DNA from: Candidatus Kapaibacterium sp.
GTDB lineage: Bacteria > Bacteroidota > Ignavibacteria > Kapaibacteriales > WFXC01
Direction of reading: 5' to 3'
Length of the DNA: 64,000 nucleotides
Assembly (NCBI GenBank): GCA_027082775.1
Contig: JALWUI010000058.1
Location: 7,255 to 71,254, forward strand
Part shown: positions 1 to 10,734 of the stretch, in pieces
Position numbering within the stretch: position 1 is the first letter of the stretch
How the letters are laid out: each line of letters begins with the position of its first letter
Program-made: the position numbers and the translations under genes
Notes under the pieces: generated by a model
Seen by the model: only the letters and a program-made list of their open reading frames with translations
Databases searched by the model: none
What the model was told of the DNA's origin: nothing

Positions 1-2698
1 GCAAAAAGTACCGGTGAAATTCTGCAAATCCGTGCGGTCCCATATCCGGAATGTGCACATAGCCCACACGTCCCTTCGTTTTCGCTCGCACATAAGCACG
101 ATTATGCTCGACCCAATCACGATAGCGAGCCAGTCGCTCAGACCGCAGGGTTCGAATGACAAACGTGCGTTTTTTGTGCCGCTTCGACCGGGCAACGGTA
201 ATAGCGATCTCGTCGTGAGCGTGATTGATCAATGCTTCACACGGTGGATGCTGCTTGCTCAACTTTCGCCCGTTGATTGCTAATAACAAGTCCCCTTCTC
301 GAATCTGGGATCCAAAGCGTGCCAGTGGCGAGCTGCTGTCTTCCTTCCACGGATCCCCCTGATAAATCTTCGTGATCCGGTGCGCCTGCACCTTTGGGTC
401 AAACTGGATGTCTGCTCCCAGAAAGCCCGGCAGATACTGCGGCGGCACCGGGTAATCACCACCAAATTCGTAAGCGTGCGAGGTCCCCAGCTCGCCCTGC
501 AGTTCCCAGATCAGATCCGACAGCTCATCGCGGGTGGTAATCCGATCCAGCAAAGGCGCATAACGCTGATAAATTGCCTCCCAATCAATACCACCCATAT
601 CAGCGGTCCAGAAATGTTCGCGCTGCAAACGCCACACTTCTCGCAAAATTTGCCGATACTCAGCAGCAGGATCTACTTCAACCCGAATTCGTCCAAGGTT
701 GATCCATCCCCCTTCTTCCGTATAGGCAGTGCTATCTGGGAGTTTTTCAGTATTGATCGCTGTGGCAACTTTGACAACCCGCAGTCGGTTATCTTTCGTT
801 TGATACGTCAAATGCTGACGATCGGCTGAGAGACTAAACACCTGTACATCCTGTGCCAGCGTGACATAGCGCCGCTTTTGAAAATGGTACATTCCCAATT
901 CACCCCCTGTTGCCTGCTGCTCCAGGCTGCCGGTTGGCGAAACGGAAAGCAGAAAGACTGCCTCAGCCGTCCCCTGAATACCCACATACCGGTTTTCCGG
1001 CACGGGAAATTGCCGAATGCGTTGTTCAATACCCTCAAAATCAATGTGCACCGACGGAACCGTATCCTGCTTTGCCGTATCCTTCGACTGCTTTCCCTTT
1101 GCCTTTGACGGAGGCTGCGGTCTGGCAGCCGTCACCAATCGCGGTTCTTTATCGAATGGCGAAGGTGCATCTTTTTGCAGCATAATCAAATAGGGACGTG
1201 CCCCTTTCGGAAATCCCAGGTCGAAGTAGAGGCTGTCATATACCGGGTTGAACTCCCGATACGAGAGGAAATACAAATACCGCCCTTGCGGATCAAAGGT
1301 CGGCTGGATATCACGAAAACGAGGCTGAGTAACCAGATGCTTTTTGCGAGTTTTGACATTATACAGTTTGATGGAAAACGTATGGGGCGTTTCAGCAATG
1401 CTGTAGGTCAGCCACTGCCCATCGGGGGACCAGTCGATCCCCTGCAACACCGCATACTCGCTCCGATCGATCACCTTCAAACGCCCGGTATCCAGATTGA
1501 CCAGCAAAAGCTCATTTCGGTGATTGGTGATAGCAGCAAAATTACGCCGGGGTGAAATTGCCATTTCCAGCGGGTGACCAATATCCAGCTTTGGATATCG
1601 CTTTTTCGGCGTTGTTAAATCATCCAGATGATAAAGCTCCAGCACTTCCTCGCCAGTCTCATCGGATACCGTCAACAAATGCTGTTTGTCAGGCATCCAG
1701 CTACACAACCGGTAGCGTACTCCCTGCGTTTTTCCCAATTGCAGTACGGCTCCTTCCCAATTAGGAAAAAGAAAGGTTTTCCCACGAATCGTCACGCAGA
1801 GAGAATGTCCTTCAGGATGCAGCGTAAAGCGTTCAAAAAATTTCGCTGGGGAAACGAACTTTCGCTGGCGCGCTTCCCGGGGACTGCGAATCTCGACTGG
1901 CACCTGTTGCGTTGTATCCGTTTCAGGGTCAAAAACGTACAAATCGCCCCCGGCGTGATACACAATCCGGCGTCCATCGGTAGTCGCATTGCGGGCGTAA
2001 AATTCAGTATGGTGGGTGTGGCGCCGCAGATCGTCCCCCTGCGGTGTGCACGAATACAAATTCCCGATTCCTTCGTGATCGGAGAGAAAATAGATTCGGT
2101 TTCCAATCCACATTGGCGCGGTCAGATTACCCACCAGATCGGGTAACAAGCGAGTAAACTGTCCCGATCCTTTGCGATCGATCCACAGAACGCCAACTGT
2201 TCCTCCTCGATATCGTTTCCATCGAGCATAGTCTGTGGTATTGCGTCCGATCAGCACTCCTTTGCCTCCCGGCTCATACGCAATGCTAAATGCCAATCCG
2301 TAGGGTAACTCAACGGGATCGCCCCCCTCAAGTCCAATAGCATACAGTTTCACCATCTGGCGAAACGGCTGCCAGGCATTGCTGGCAAAAATCACCTGAG
2401 AACTATCCGGCGACCATCCCAAGAACACCCAGGCAGCACCCCAGAAGGTAAGTCGACGCGGCTCTCCTCCCTCTGCCGGCATTACGTAGACATCGGGAAC
2501 ACCTTCTTCCGTTGCGATGTACGCAATCCATTTGCCATCGGGTGAGAAGCGGGGATGGGCAATCTTGCCTTTACTTTTGGTGAGTCGCTGCGCTACCCCT
2601 GCTGCTGTGGTCGTGATCCAGAGATCATCTTCAGCAACAAAGGCAATTTTGTCCTTCCAGATGGTCGGGAATCGGTAATACCCGTTGTGTTGTTGCAT
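1..2698 (-). CDS. Tricorn protease homolog (S41-related, TolB-like beta-propeller N-terminal region). Only the 5' ~900 codons are in the window; the C-terminus lies beyond the window start.
   Basis: The reverse strand reads without a stop from the ATG at 2698 to the window edge, which is why it is missing from the ORF track. Translation starts MQQHNGYYRFPTIWKDKIAFVAEDDLWITT. It contains repeated SPDG-x-W propeller motifs (FSPDGKWIAY, WSPDGQWLTY). It ends ...GRVGYVHIPDMGPHGFAEF, typical of the tricorn C-terminal region. Confidence 0.7.
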   Translation of the reverse strand, partial: MQQHNGYYRFPTIWKDKIAFVAEDDLWITTTAAGVAQRLTKSKGKIAHPRFSPDGKWIAYIATEEGVPDVYVMPAEGGEPRRLTFWGAAWVFLGWSPDSSQVIFASNAWQPFRQMVKLYAIGLEGGDPVELPYGLAFSIAYEPGGKGVLIGRNTTDYARWKRYRGGTVGVLWIDRKGSGQFTRLLPDLVGNLTAPMWIGNRIYFLSDHEGIGNLYSCTPQGDDLRRHTHHTEFYARNATTDGRRIVYHAGGDLYVFDPETDTTQQVPVEIRSPREARQRKFVSPAKFFERFTLHPEGHSLCVTIRGKTFLFPNWEGAVLQLGKTQGVRYRLCSWMPDKQHLLTVSDETGEEVLELYHLDDLTTPKKRYPKLDIGHPLEMAISPRRNFAAITNHRNELLLVNLDTGRLKVIDRSEYAVLQGIDWSPDGQWLTYSIAETPHTFSIKLYNVKTRKKHLVTQPRFRDIQPTFDPQGRYLYFLSYREFNPVYDSLYFDLGFPKGARPYLIMLQKDAPSPFDKEPRLVTAARPQPPSKAKGKQSKDTAKQDTVPSVHIDFEGIEQRIRQFPVPENRYVGIQGTAEAVFLLSVSPTGSLEQQATGGELGMYHFQKRRYVTLAQDVQVFSLSADRQHLTYQTKDNRLRVVKVATAINTEKLPDSTAYTEEGGWINLGRIRVEVDPAAEYRQILREVWRLQREHFWTADMGGIDWEAIYQRYAPLLDRITTRDELSDLIWELQGELGTSHAYEFGGDYPVPPQYLPGFLGADIQFDPKVQAHRITKIYQGDPWKEDSSSPLARFGSQIREGDLLLAINGRKLSKQHPPCEALINHAHDEIAITVARSKRHKKRTFVIRTLRSERLARYRDWVEHNRAYVRAKTKGRVGYVHIPDMGPHGFAEFHRYFL

Positions 2699-2860
2699 TG
2701 TGCTCCGATCCACTTCTTTTGATCCTCTACCATTCTCACAAATGCCCGAAAAGTACAAATTTACGGAAGAAGCAAAGAAGGGCAATGTGAGAAAGTCGCA
2801 ATGGCACCTCAAAGCTGTTTTCTCTGATTTTCAAACCGCCATCACGGCGGCAGCGACCGG

Positions 2861-4243
2861 TTACAACAAAATGCCATACAAAATCAGGTTGGCAACAGTG
2901 AAGTAGATGATAATCCCCGTTACGTCCACCAGGGTTGCAACGAAAGGAGCAGAAGAAGTGGCAGGATCCAGTCCCAGGCGGCGCAGCAGGAAGGGCAGCA
3001 TCGAGCCAACGATTGTTCCCCAGAGCACAATGCCAACCAGCGCCAGAAACACGGTGAACCCAATAAGATGCCAGAAGCTATGGTATCGCGGATCTGTGGC
3101 AGCGGTAAAAGCTGCCCGCATAAAGCCCAGGATGCCCAGCATTGCGCCCAGCAGGAGTCCGGTCAGGAGTTCCCGGCGTAAAACTTTTTTCCAGTCTCCC
3201 AACTGCAACTCCCCCAATGCCATTGCCCGAATCACAAGGGTTGCGGTCTGTGAGCCAGAGTTGCCGCCGCTGGAAATCAGCAGGGGAATAAACAATGCTA
3301 AGATGACCGCCTGCGCAATTTGATGCTCGAAATATCCGAGGGCAGTGGCGGTAAACATTTCGCCGACAAAAAGAAGAATCAACCACATTCCTCGTTTCCG
3401 TACCATTTCCAGCAGTGGCGTTGCAGTATAGCTGGTTTCCAGCGCTTCCATTCCCCCAAACTTTTGAATATCCTCCGTGTCTTCTTCTTCCACCACATCC
3501 AGAATGTCATCAACGGTGACGATTCCCAGCAAATATCCACGGGTATCAATCACTGGCAAAGCCACGCGATCGTACTCTTTAAACACTTCAATTGCTTTCT
3601 CCTGGGGATCGGTGGCATACAGGAAGGGAAAATGTTCGTTCATAATGTCGAAGACATAGCTTTCCGGTTCTGCCAGCAGCAATTTCCGAATCGGCAACTC
3701 TCCAATCAGTTTCCCCTGGTCATCGGTAACATACAAAATGTTCAACGTCTCGCTATCCTTGCCATAAGTCCGGATATAGTCCAGCACTTTCTGCACGGTC
3801 CAGTGTGCCCGGACTGCCACAAAGTCCGTTGTCATTAAGCGTCCAACGCTTTCCTCCGGATAGGCAAGGAGCGCCTGAGCAATTTCCCGTTCCTCTGGAG
3901 ACAACAAATTGAGCAGTTGTTGCACTACGTTGCCCGGCAATTCTTCCAGCAGTGCTGTTCGGTCATCCGGATCCATTTCATTGAGTATCGAAGCAATTTC
4001 CCGCTGCGCCAGGGTTTGCAACAACGCTTTCTGCTGCTCCAGTTCCAGATACTCAAAAACATCAGCAGCTAATTCCGTAGGCAGGATGCGGAACAGCAGT
4101 GCCTGTTCGTGCGGCTCCAGATGTTCAATCAACTCTGCAATTTCGACCGGATGCCATTCCTCCAGAACAGACCGAATGGTCATAAAGTCCCGCTGTTGCA
4201 AAAGTTCCCGTATTTCGGGCAAGACTGCTGCAACAATCATCAT
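2861..4243 (-). CDS. mgtE: Magnesium transporter MgtE
   Basis: 460 aa with the N-terminal MgtE domain, tandem CBS region and C-terminal TM domain carrying the conserved GGNSGSQ motif. Confidence 0.9.
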   Translation of the reverse strand: MMIVAAVLPEIRELLQQRDFMTIRSVLEEWHPVEIAELIEHLEPHEQALLFRILPTELAADVFEYLELEQQKALLQTLAQREIASILNEMDPDDRTALLEELPGNVVQQLLNLLSPEEREIAQALLAYPEESVGRLMTTDFVAVRAHWTVQKVLDYIRTYGKDSETLNILYVTDDQGKLIGELPIRKLLLAEPESYVFDIMNEHFPFLYATDPQEKAIEVFKEYDRVALPVIDTRGYLLGIVTVDDILDVVEEEDTEDIQKFGGMEALETSYTATPLLEMVRKRGMWLILLFVGEMFTATALGYFEHQIAQAVILALFIPLLISSGGNSGSQTATLVIRAMALGELQLGDWKKVLRRELLTGLLLGAMLGILGFMRAAFTAATDPRYHSFWHLIGFTVFLALVGIVLWGTIVGSMLPFLLRRLGLDPATSSAPFVATLVDVTGIIIYFTVANLILYGILL

Positions 4244-4430
4244 TCATCTACTCCCCGGTTGTTTTTCTGTGCCCGCCTTAGACGGCTGGCAGTCGTGCTC
4301 AGTGGAGAGTCAAGGTTGTTCGACCCTTTACTCCTTTCAGAGCAAACGTTTTTCCTTTTCTCAATGAAGTTTTTCGATCACCGTCTGCTGAATCTCAGTA
4401 CAAAGTTGCAGAGGGAAAAAAGAGGGGCGG

Positions 4431-5273
4431 ATGAAAGAATCGTGGAAGTATGCTTCGCGACAGTACCAGCCCGAAGATACGGTCGTGAGCATTGGATCGG
4501 TTTTTATTGGAAGCGGTGAGCCGGTTGTGATTGCTGGTCCCTGTGCGGTAGAAAGTGCGGAACAGATTGTGGAAACAGCGCTGGCAGTCAAAGAAGCCGG
4601 GGCGCATTTACTTCGGGGCGGCGCGTTCAAACCGCGCACCAGCCCGTATGATTTCCAGGGGCTGGGCGCAAAAGGATTGGAGCTTCTGGCACAGGCACGG
4701 GAAATGACGGGATTGGGCATTGTGACTGAAGTACTGGATCCTGCCGATGTACCGCTTGTTGCTGAGTATGCAGATATGCTCCAAATTGGCAGTCGGAATA
4801 TGTACAACTACCCCCTGCTGCGAGCCGTCGGACGACAGGATAAACCTGTGCTGTTGAAACGCGGGATGTCTGCTACCCTCTATGAGTTTCTGATGAGTGC
4901 CGAGTACATCTTAGCAGAAGGAAATCCGAACGTTGTTCTGTGCGAGCGCGGCATTCGCGGTTTTTCGGACTTCACCCGAAATACTCTGGATCTCAGCATT
5001 GTGCCGGCGGTCAAACAATATTCCCATTTGCCCATCATTGTCGACCCCAGCCACGGAACTGGTCGACCGGAGTACATTGAGCCAATGAGCCTGGCAGCCT
5101 TAGCCGCAGGTGCCGACGGCATTATGGTAGAAGTACACCCGCGCCCCCATCGAGCACTCTCTGATGCAGATCAGGCACTGACTCTTACCCAATTTCAGGA
5201 AATGATGAAAAAAATTCGCTCATTCTTGGAGTGGCGCCGCAGCTATGGACATTCTTACCTTGAACATCCGTGA
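4431..5273 (+). CDS. 3-deoxy-7-phosphoheptulonate (DAHP) synthase, class I-beta. The KDO8P-synthase family is related, but context favours DAHPS.
   Basis: 280 aa with a PEP-utilising aldolase fold. Motifs include [15 protein letters not shown] and IVDPSHG. It sits first in a shikimate-pathway operon. Confidence 0.7.
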   Translation: MKESWKYASRQYQPEDTVVSIGSVFIGSGEPVVIAGPCAVESAEQIVETALAVKEAGAHLLRGGAFKPRTSPYDFQGLGAKGLELLAQAREMTGLGIVTEVLDPADVPLVAEYADMLQIGSRNMYNYPLLRAVGRQDKPVLLKRGMSATLYEFLMSAEYILAEGNPNVVLCERGIRGFSDFTRNTLDLSIVPAVKQYSHLPIIVDPSHGTGRPEYIEPMSLAALAAGADGIMVEVHPRPHRALSDADQALTLTQFQEMMKKIRSFLEWRRSYGHSYLEHP

Positions 5274-6396
5274 TCGGGAGCTCAATCCCATACCATTTTT
5301 TATTGCACCCGCCCTACACGATCAGTGGCAGCGGTGGTTGCAGGTATACCCTTATCGGATTGACCAGATTTTCTGGATTGTGGATGCAACCGTTAACCAA
5401 CTGCACTCAAAAATCCTGGAGTATTACCAGGAGAACACGGAAAAGACTGAACTGGTAGTCTTATTCCCGGCGGGAGAACCGTACAAATCGCGACGTTTTC
5501 GGGACATTCTGGAAGATGTTTTACTAAATGCCAGAATCAATCGGCATTCGCTCATCATTATTGTCGGTGGTGGAACGCTGGGCGATCTTGCCGGTTTCGT
5601 AGCAGCGACCATTCATCGGGGTATTCGTTATGTGTTCTTCCCCACCACGCTACTGGCGCAGGTGGATAGCTGTCTGGGTGGGAAGGTAGCTATCAACCAT
5701 CCACAGGGTAAAAATCTGCTCGGCACATTTCATTATCCCACCGCTGTTTTTATCCGCACCCGTTTCCTCCGAACGCTGCCGTGGGCTGAGTGGGTCAATG
5801 GTTTAGCCGAGGTGATTAAGTATGCCCTCCTGTTCGACGTCCAGTTGTTAACCGTTTTGAAGAAATATTACCGGGAAATTCGAGCACGAGACTCTGTCTG
5901 GGTCCAGCGTATTATCCGTCGATCTTTGCACTGGAAGAAATGGGTCGTTGAACACGATCCTGATGAACGCTGGTACCGCGCCTCGCTGAATTTTGGGCAC
6001 ACTGTTGGGCACGCTCTGGAACGGTACTTCAACTACACAATCTCCCACGGAGCGGCGATCCTGATTGGAATGGCAGTGGAATTACTGCTGTCGCAACGAC
6101 TCTGCTCCTGTCCAGGATACCTCTTAAAAGAATTACAAACACTTCTGGAACGCTACCCAGAACCCAGTGTACTCCAATTGCTGAATGCTGATCCAGACGA
6201 GCTGTGGCGATGGATGCAATATGACAAGAAATCAGATGACGAGGTGCGCTGTAGCCTCCTCCACACCATTGGCGATCCGTGTCTCTATGAGCCTGTTTCG
6301 CAATCACAGTTTCTCTATGCGTGGGAATCCCTTCAAAACCTGCCTCTCGTTCTGGATCAGTTCGATCCACAATCTGCCGACCTTAGCGGAGATTAG
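5245..6396 (+). CDS. aroB: 3-dehydroquinate synthase
   Basis: 383 aa. The Rossmann GGG motif ([18 protein letters not shown]), metal-binding His residues and overall collinearity match AroB. It extends ~20 aa beyond the usual AroB end. Confidence 0.85.
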   Translation: MDILTLNIRDRELNPIPFFIAPALHDQWQRWLQVYPYRIDQIFWIVDATVNQLHSKILEYYQENTEKTELVVLFPAGEPYKSRRFRDILEDVLLNARINRHSLIIIVGGGTLGDLAGFVAATIHRGIRYVFFPTTLLAQVDSCLGGKVAINHPQGKNLLGTFHYPTAVFIRTRFLRTLPWAEWVNGLAEVIKYALLFDVQLLTVLKKYYREIRARDSVWVQRIIRRSLHWKKWVVEHDPDERWYRASLNFGHTVGHALERYFNYTISHGAAILIGMAVELLLSQRLCSCPGYLLKELQTLLERYPEPSVLQLLNADPDELWRWMQYDKKSDDEVRCSLLHTIGDPCLYEPVSQSQFLYAWESLQNLPLVLDQFDPQSADLSGD

Positions 6397-7786
6397 CCAG
6401 CCAGTAGATCTGGTGGAGCTCCGCGCAGATCGCTGGCGAACGCCCGACTGGCAGGCAGCCCGGCGGCAGATCCCTCAGCCAATCATTGCTACAATTCGAC
6501 GCAGAGCAGAAGGTGGTGAATGGGAGGGATCAATGCACCAATGGGTGCAGCTCTATAAAGCAGCTATTGAAGCAGGCTGCCAGTGGATCGATGTGGACAT
6601 TCAGGGCATTGCCGCCTTTGATCAGGATTTTCTCAACACGGTCTTCGCCCGCCGCGGCGTGCTTTCAGCCCATTTCACGGACGAACAGTCTGTCGATGCC
6701 ACCGTACGTGCAATGGCAGCAATTCCGGCTGCGGTGTACAAATGCGTTCTCCCGGAAGAATTCGCCCGCTGTATGCGTACGGTCACTGCCCTCATTGATT
6801 TCTGGAAATCGCTGAACAAAAAATTTATCGTTCACTGCTCCGGCGAAAATGCGACCAGCACCCGCCTCTGGGCTGCGATCCTCGGAAATGCGTGGACATA
6901 CATCGCTGCTGGAACTGAACGAACGGCAGCCGGGCAACCAACTATGGAGGAACTCCGATGGTATCGGCTGGATCAAAAAACGCCAGAGACCCGGCTGCTG
7001 GGACTTTTCGGCTATCCCCTGCACCAAAGCCGGGGATGGCAACTCCATAACGCCCTGCTGGCACTTTTCGGCTATGCAGATCGCTGGCTCTATCTCAATT
7101 TCCCCGATCCTGACTTTTCTGCTGCATTCGCTGCCTGGCAGCCGTGGCTGGATGGTGCCAGCATCACGATTCCACACAAACAAACAGCGGTGGCACTGTG
7201 CGAAGAACGGTCACCAGAAGTCCAGATAACCGGGGTTTGCAATACCATTCTCCGACGGGAAGACCACTGGGCAGCCTTCAATACCGATTTTCTGGCACTG
7301 CGCGAGCTGCTGCTCCCCTTCCAATCACAACTCCGCCGGGCACTGGTCGTTGGCACGGGCGCTACTGCCCGAACTGCCATCGGCGTACTTCAGCAAATGG
7401 GCGTTTCTCAGATCTGGGTGATGGGACGATCGGCGGCAAAGCGCAAGGCGCTGGCGACACACTTCCACTGCTCCTCCCTTCCGCTGGGTGCGCCACTCCC
7501 AGCACCGGTTGACATCCTCATTCACGCCACTCCTGTTGGGATGGTTCCCTATACGGAGCAGATGCTGCCATTGACCCCCTACCTTCATCCTCAAATGGTG
7601 CTGGTAGAAGTGGTGCACAACCCTGCCGAAACACTGCTGGTCCAGACTGCACGACAGCAGGGCGTTGCTGCGATTATCACCGGGATCGAGCTCTTTCTGC
7701 ATCAGGCGCGCTATCAATTTCAGCTCTTCACAAACGTTTGCCCCTCTATCCAGCAAATGTGGCAGGTATGGAAACAGCTCCAATGA
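6317..7786 (+). CDS. Bifunctional 3-dehydroquinate dehydratase (type I) / shikimate 5-dehydrogenase (AroD-AroE fusion)
   Basis: The N-terminal half aligns with type I DHQase (VDLVELRAD ... RRRAEGGEW ... IDVDIQG). The C-terminal half aligns with AroE (LFGYPLHQSRGWQLHN, ITIPHK, NTDFLAL, VVGTGATARTA). The start is uncertain. The first in-frame ATG at 6317 overlaps aroB by 80 nt. The ORF-track start at 6185 is implausible. Confidence 0.75.
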   Translation: MRGNPFKTCLSFWISSIHNLPTLAEISQPVDLVELRADRWRTPDWQAARRQIPQPIIATIRRRAEGGEWEGSMHQWVQLYKAAIEAGCQWIDVDIQGIAAFDQDFLNTVFARRGVLSAHFTDEQSVDATVRAMAAIPAAVYKCVLPEEFARCMRTVTALIDFWKSLNKKFIVHCSGENATSTRLWAAILGNAWTYIAAGTERTAAGQPTMEELRWYRLDQKTPETRLLGLFGYPLHQSRGWQLHNALLALFGYADRWLYLNFPDPDFSAAFAAWQPWLDGASITIPHKQTAVALCEERSPEVQITGVCNTILRREDHWAAFNTDFLALRELLLPFQSQLRRALVVGTGATARTAIGVLQQMGVSQIWVMGRSAAKRKALATHFHCSSLPLGAPLPAPVDILIHATPVGMVPYTEQMLPLTPYLHPQMVLVEVVHNPAETLLVQTARQQGVAAIITGIELFLHQARYQFQLFTNVCPSIQQMWQVWKQLQ

Positions 7787-7917
7787 TCAAACGGGGCACT
7801 ATGTTCATCCGGACCGACCGGTTGATTCCCGGCTGGATAACCGCCAACCAAAAGCCTCAGCGCCAGATCACAGTGCAGGGAAGCAACACAAAGGAAAAAC
7901 AAACGAAGGAAAAAGTA

Positions 7918-9185
7918 TGCTGATGACCACACCAATCCGCATTCTGGTTCCTCCTTCCAAAAGCTTCACCCACCGGGCAATGGTCATTGGCGCATTAGCT
8001 GCTCCGGGAACGGTCATTCAATCACCGCTCTGGGCAGAAGATACCCAACTGACGGCGAAAGGATTGGAAGCGCTGGGGGTACAATGGGCATACGAATCAA
8101 CCGGGTTGCGGGTTCAAAACGTCATTCCTCCATCCCGGCCGATCCGCCTGTTTGCTGGAAACTCCGGGACAACTGTCCGGTTTCTCACTGCCCTTGCCGC
8201 CCTCCTGAGCCCATACGAAGTCCAGCTTGATGGAACGCCACGGATGCGGCAGCGTCCGCTGCAACCGCTGCTCAGTGCGCTGGAACAAATGGGAGCACAA
8301 ATCCGATCAACCAATGGGTTTCTGCCAATCTCTATCGTTGGCGGATCGCTTCGTCCCGGACGGGTCGTAATGCCGGGACATATTTCTTCGCAATTCCTCT
8401 CTGCTCTGCTGTTCGTCGCAGCCAGACTGTCCGGCACCACCCTCATCGAGCTGAGCACTCCGCTGGTATCCGCAGGATACCTCCGGATGACCCAGTGGTT
8501 CTTAGAACAATCCGGCGTCGAAGTCTCGTGGGAATCCGAACACGAGGTGATGATCACGAGTGATGGGGCACCACTCCCTGCGCAAACGTGGACAGTTGAA
8601 CGCGACTGGTCTGCGGCTGCATTCTGGATTGTCGGCGCACTGATCGCTGAACGCCCCGTTATCCTGCCAGAACTCCAGCCAAACAGCTTACAGAGTGACT
8701 CTACCATCGTGGAGCTCCTGCAAAACGCTGGTGCTTCACTTCAGTGGAACGGAAACGAGCTTCTGATCGATGGTTCCTGTCAACAAGGAATCGACGTCTC
8801 ACTCCGCAATATTCCTGATCTGTTCCCCGCACTGGCAGTCTATGCCGCCTGCGCCCATACGCCTTCGCGCTTTCGGGATTTCCAGCACCTCCGGTGGAAG
8901 GAATCGGATCGCATCAAGGCAGTCGTGGAAAATTTACAACGCATCGGCGCTCAGGTAACATCCCGAAAAAACGAAATCATCATCACGCCAGCAAATACCA
9001 TCCATCCTGCCACCATTCGAACCTACAATGACCACCGCATTGCAATGGCGTTCGGACTGCTGAAACTCCGCAATCCGCATATCCAACTGGACGACTCTGC
9101 CTGTGTGCAAAAATCGTATCCGGCATTCTGGAAACACTGGGAACTGCTTACATCCTCAGTGAACACCTCAGAAGCATCAAGCTGA
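7918..9185 (+). CDS. aroA: 3-phosphoshikimate 1-carboxyvinyltransferase (EPSP synthase)
   Basis: The ORF-track frame 7665..9185 has an EPSPS-like body (LFAGNSGTTVRFL, RPL..L..LE..GA). The start is set at ATG 7918 (MLMTTPIRILVPPSKS), downstream of the aroDE stop. Confidence 0.9.
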
Positions 9186-9205
9186 TCTGCGAAAATTGCG
9201 TATTT

Positions 9206-9784
9206 TTGAGCGAAGGGAAACTGGCGAGATCTCTGAACAACCGGATGAAGTTACAGCGTTCCATCCTGCTCATTGGCTTCCGCTCCGTTGGCAAAACGAC
9301 CGTTGCACCGCTACTCGCCCGACGCTGCGGAACGCCGTGGTCATCGCTGGATACCATCGTTGAACGGATGACCCGGCTATCGATACCAGAGATGGTAACC
9401 CTGTACGGCTGGGAATACTTCCGGGAGTGGGAAGGACAGATGATGCGGATGCTCTTGGCGCAACCACCGCACGTTATTGACACCGGTGCCGGTATTGTAG
9501 AGCACACAGACTTGTTCCCACTGATTGAACACTGCACCTGGCGCATCTGGCTGGACCTTCCGTGGGACCAGCTTCTGGAACGCTATGATCCACAGAACCG
9601 ACCACCACTGACATCGCTGCCGCCGCAGGAAGAACTGCGGTTGCTCTGGGATCGCCGCCGCCCGCTGTATCAACAATGGGCAAATATTCGGATTGAGATA
9701 GCGGGTAAATCACCGCAACAGATAGCCGACCTGATCGCAGTCGCAGCAAAACAGGAAGGCATTCTCCGCGACACAGAGCGGTAA
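9206..9784 (+). CDS. aroK: Shikimate kinase
   Basis: 192 aa with a P-loop (LIGFRSVGKTTV) and shikimate-kinase-like length. It is last in the aro operon. Confidence 0.8.
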   Translation: MSEGKLARSLNNRMKLQRSILLIGFRSVGKTTVAPLLARRCGTPWSSLDTIVERMTRLSIPEMVTLYGWEYFREWEGQMMRMLLAQPPHVIDTGAGIVEHTDLFPLIEHCTWRIWLDLPWDQLLERYDPQNRPPLTSLPPQEELRLLWDRRRPLYQQWANIRIEIAGKSPQQIADLIAVAAKQEGILRDTER

Positions 9785-9975
9785 TGCATCGCCGCCACAA
9801 GATCTTTCCCGGCTGCAACAATTTCCCGAAGCGATGAAAGCTCAATCGCATCAATTGACAACCAGAATAAACTTCGGACTGCTTCCCAGAGTTCAGCAAG
9901 CAGCTACAACACATCGAGCATAGAGAAAACCGGAAAACGGAGTGGACCGGTATCCTACAGCCGTACGGATAGCTC

Positions 9976-10734
9976 TCAGGTTGCGCCCAGCAGCAACGCG
10001 AAGCTCTCCACCTCAAAGAGAAAATGAGCGGCGATCTTCCCCGAGAACGGATTATCAAATGCCATTCGCTCCGGATGCCACTGAACACCCAGCAGGAAGC
10101 TACTGCCATAAAGCGATTCCCATTCCACCGCTTCTGCAATATTGTCCGGACTATATGCTGTGACGGTCAGGCCACGGCCCGGCTGATGAATTGCCTGATG
10201 GTGAGCGCTGTTTACAATCCCCTCCACTTCCCCGGTTATTTTGAACAGCAACGACCCACCAACAACAGCGATAGGATGCTCCGAATCCCGCTGATTCTGC
10301 TTCCGGTGTTCGATGGACGTTCGCAGATCCGTGGGAATATCCACATACAGTGAACCACCCAGGGCAACGTTGATCAACTGGCAACCTCGGCAGATGCCCA
10401 GAATCGGCTTTTTCGCCTTTTGCGCAGCATCAAACACAGCAAACTCCAGCGCATCACGCTGCGGCTCCAGCCGGCACTCCGCTGCCCGATGTTCAAGCCC
10501 ATATCGCTGTGGATGAATGTCTTTGCCACCGGTCAGCAGCAGTCCGGAACAGCGATCCATCTGTTCCACCGCTTCCGAAACAGGCATCGCCGGAGTCAGC
10601 ACCACCAGCTCCAGCGAAGCAACCGAAGCAACCGAAGCCGCTCGGTGTAACCACTGCTGGTATGGCAGTGCCTTCTCTTCCGACGCAGCCGCAACGGCTA
10701 TGCGAATCGGTTGGGTATGGATCGGCTCAGACAT
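9976..10734 (-). CDS. Class I glutamine amidotransferase-like hydrolase (gamma-glutamyl-GABA hydrolase / peptidase C26 family)
   Basis: 252 aa with a GATase1 catalytic Cys motif (GICRGCQLINVALGG) and a His near the C-terminus (VQWHPE). Confidence 0.7.
   Translation of the reverse strand: MSEPIHTQPIRIAVAAASEEKALPYQQWLHRAASVASVASLELVVLTPAMPVSEAVEQMDRCSGLLLTGGKDIHPQRYGLEHRAAECRLEPQRDALEFAVFDAAQKAKKPILGICRGCQLINVALGGSLYVDIPTDLRTSIEHRKQNQRDSEHPIAVVGGSLLFKITGEVEGIVNSAHHQAIHQPGRGLTVTAYSPDNIAEAVEWESLYGSSFLLGVQWHPERMAFDNPFSGKIAAHFLFEVESFALLLGAT

Noticed and set aside
4244-4430. M-box (Mg2+) riboswitch in the mgtE leader
   Set aside because: The spacing would allow it. I cannot recognise M-box conserved blocks by eye, so it is left uncalled. 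An Infernal scan with RF00380 would decide.
6185-6316. N-terminal extension of ORF 6185..7786 overlapping aroB
   Set aside because: The segment is out of frame within the conserved AroB core and has no DHQase similarity. The real start is at or after 6317, or the gene is frameshift-fused to aroB.
9474-10139. ORF 9474..10139 (-), 221 aa, and other antisense ORFs across aroK/aroA (8114..8707 -, 9148..9546 -)
   Set aside because: They are antisense to conserved shikimate-pathway genes, with Arg/Cys/Ser-rich composition.
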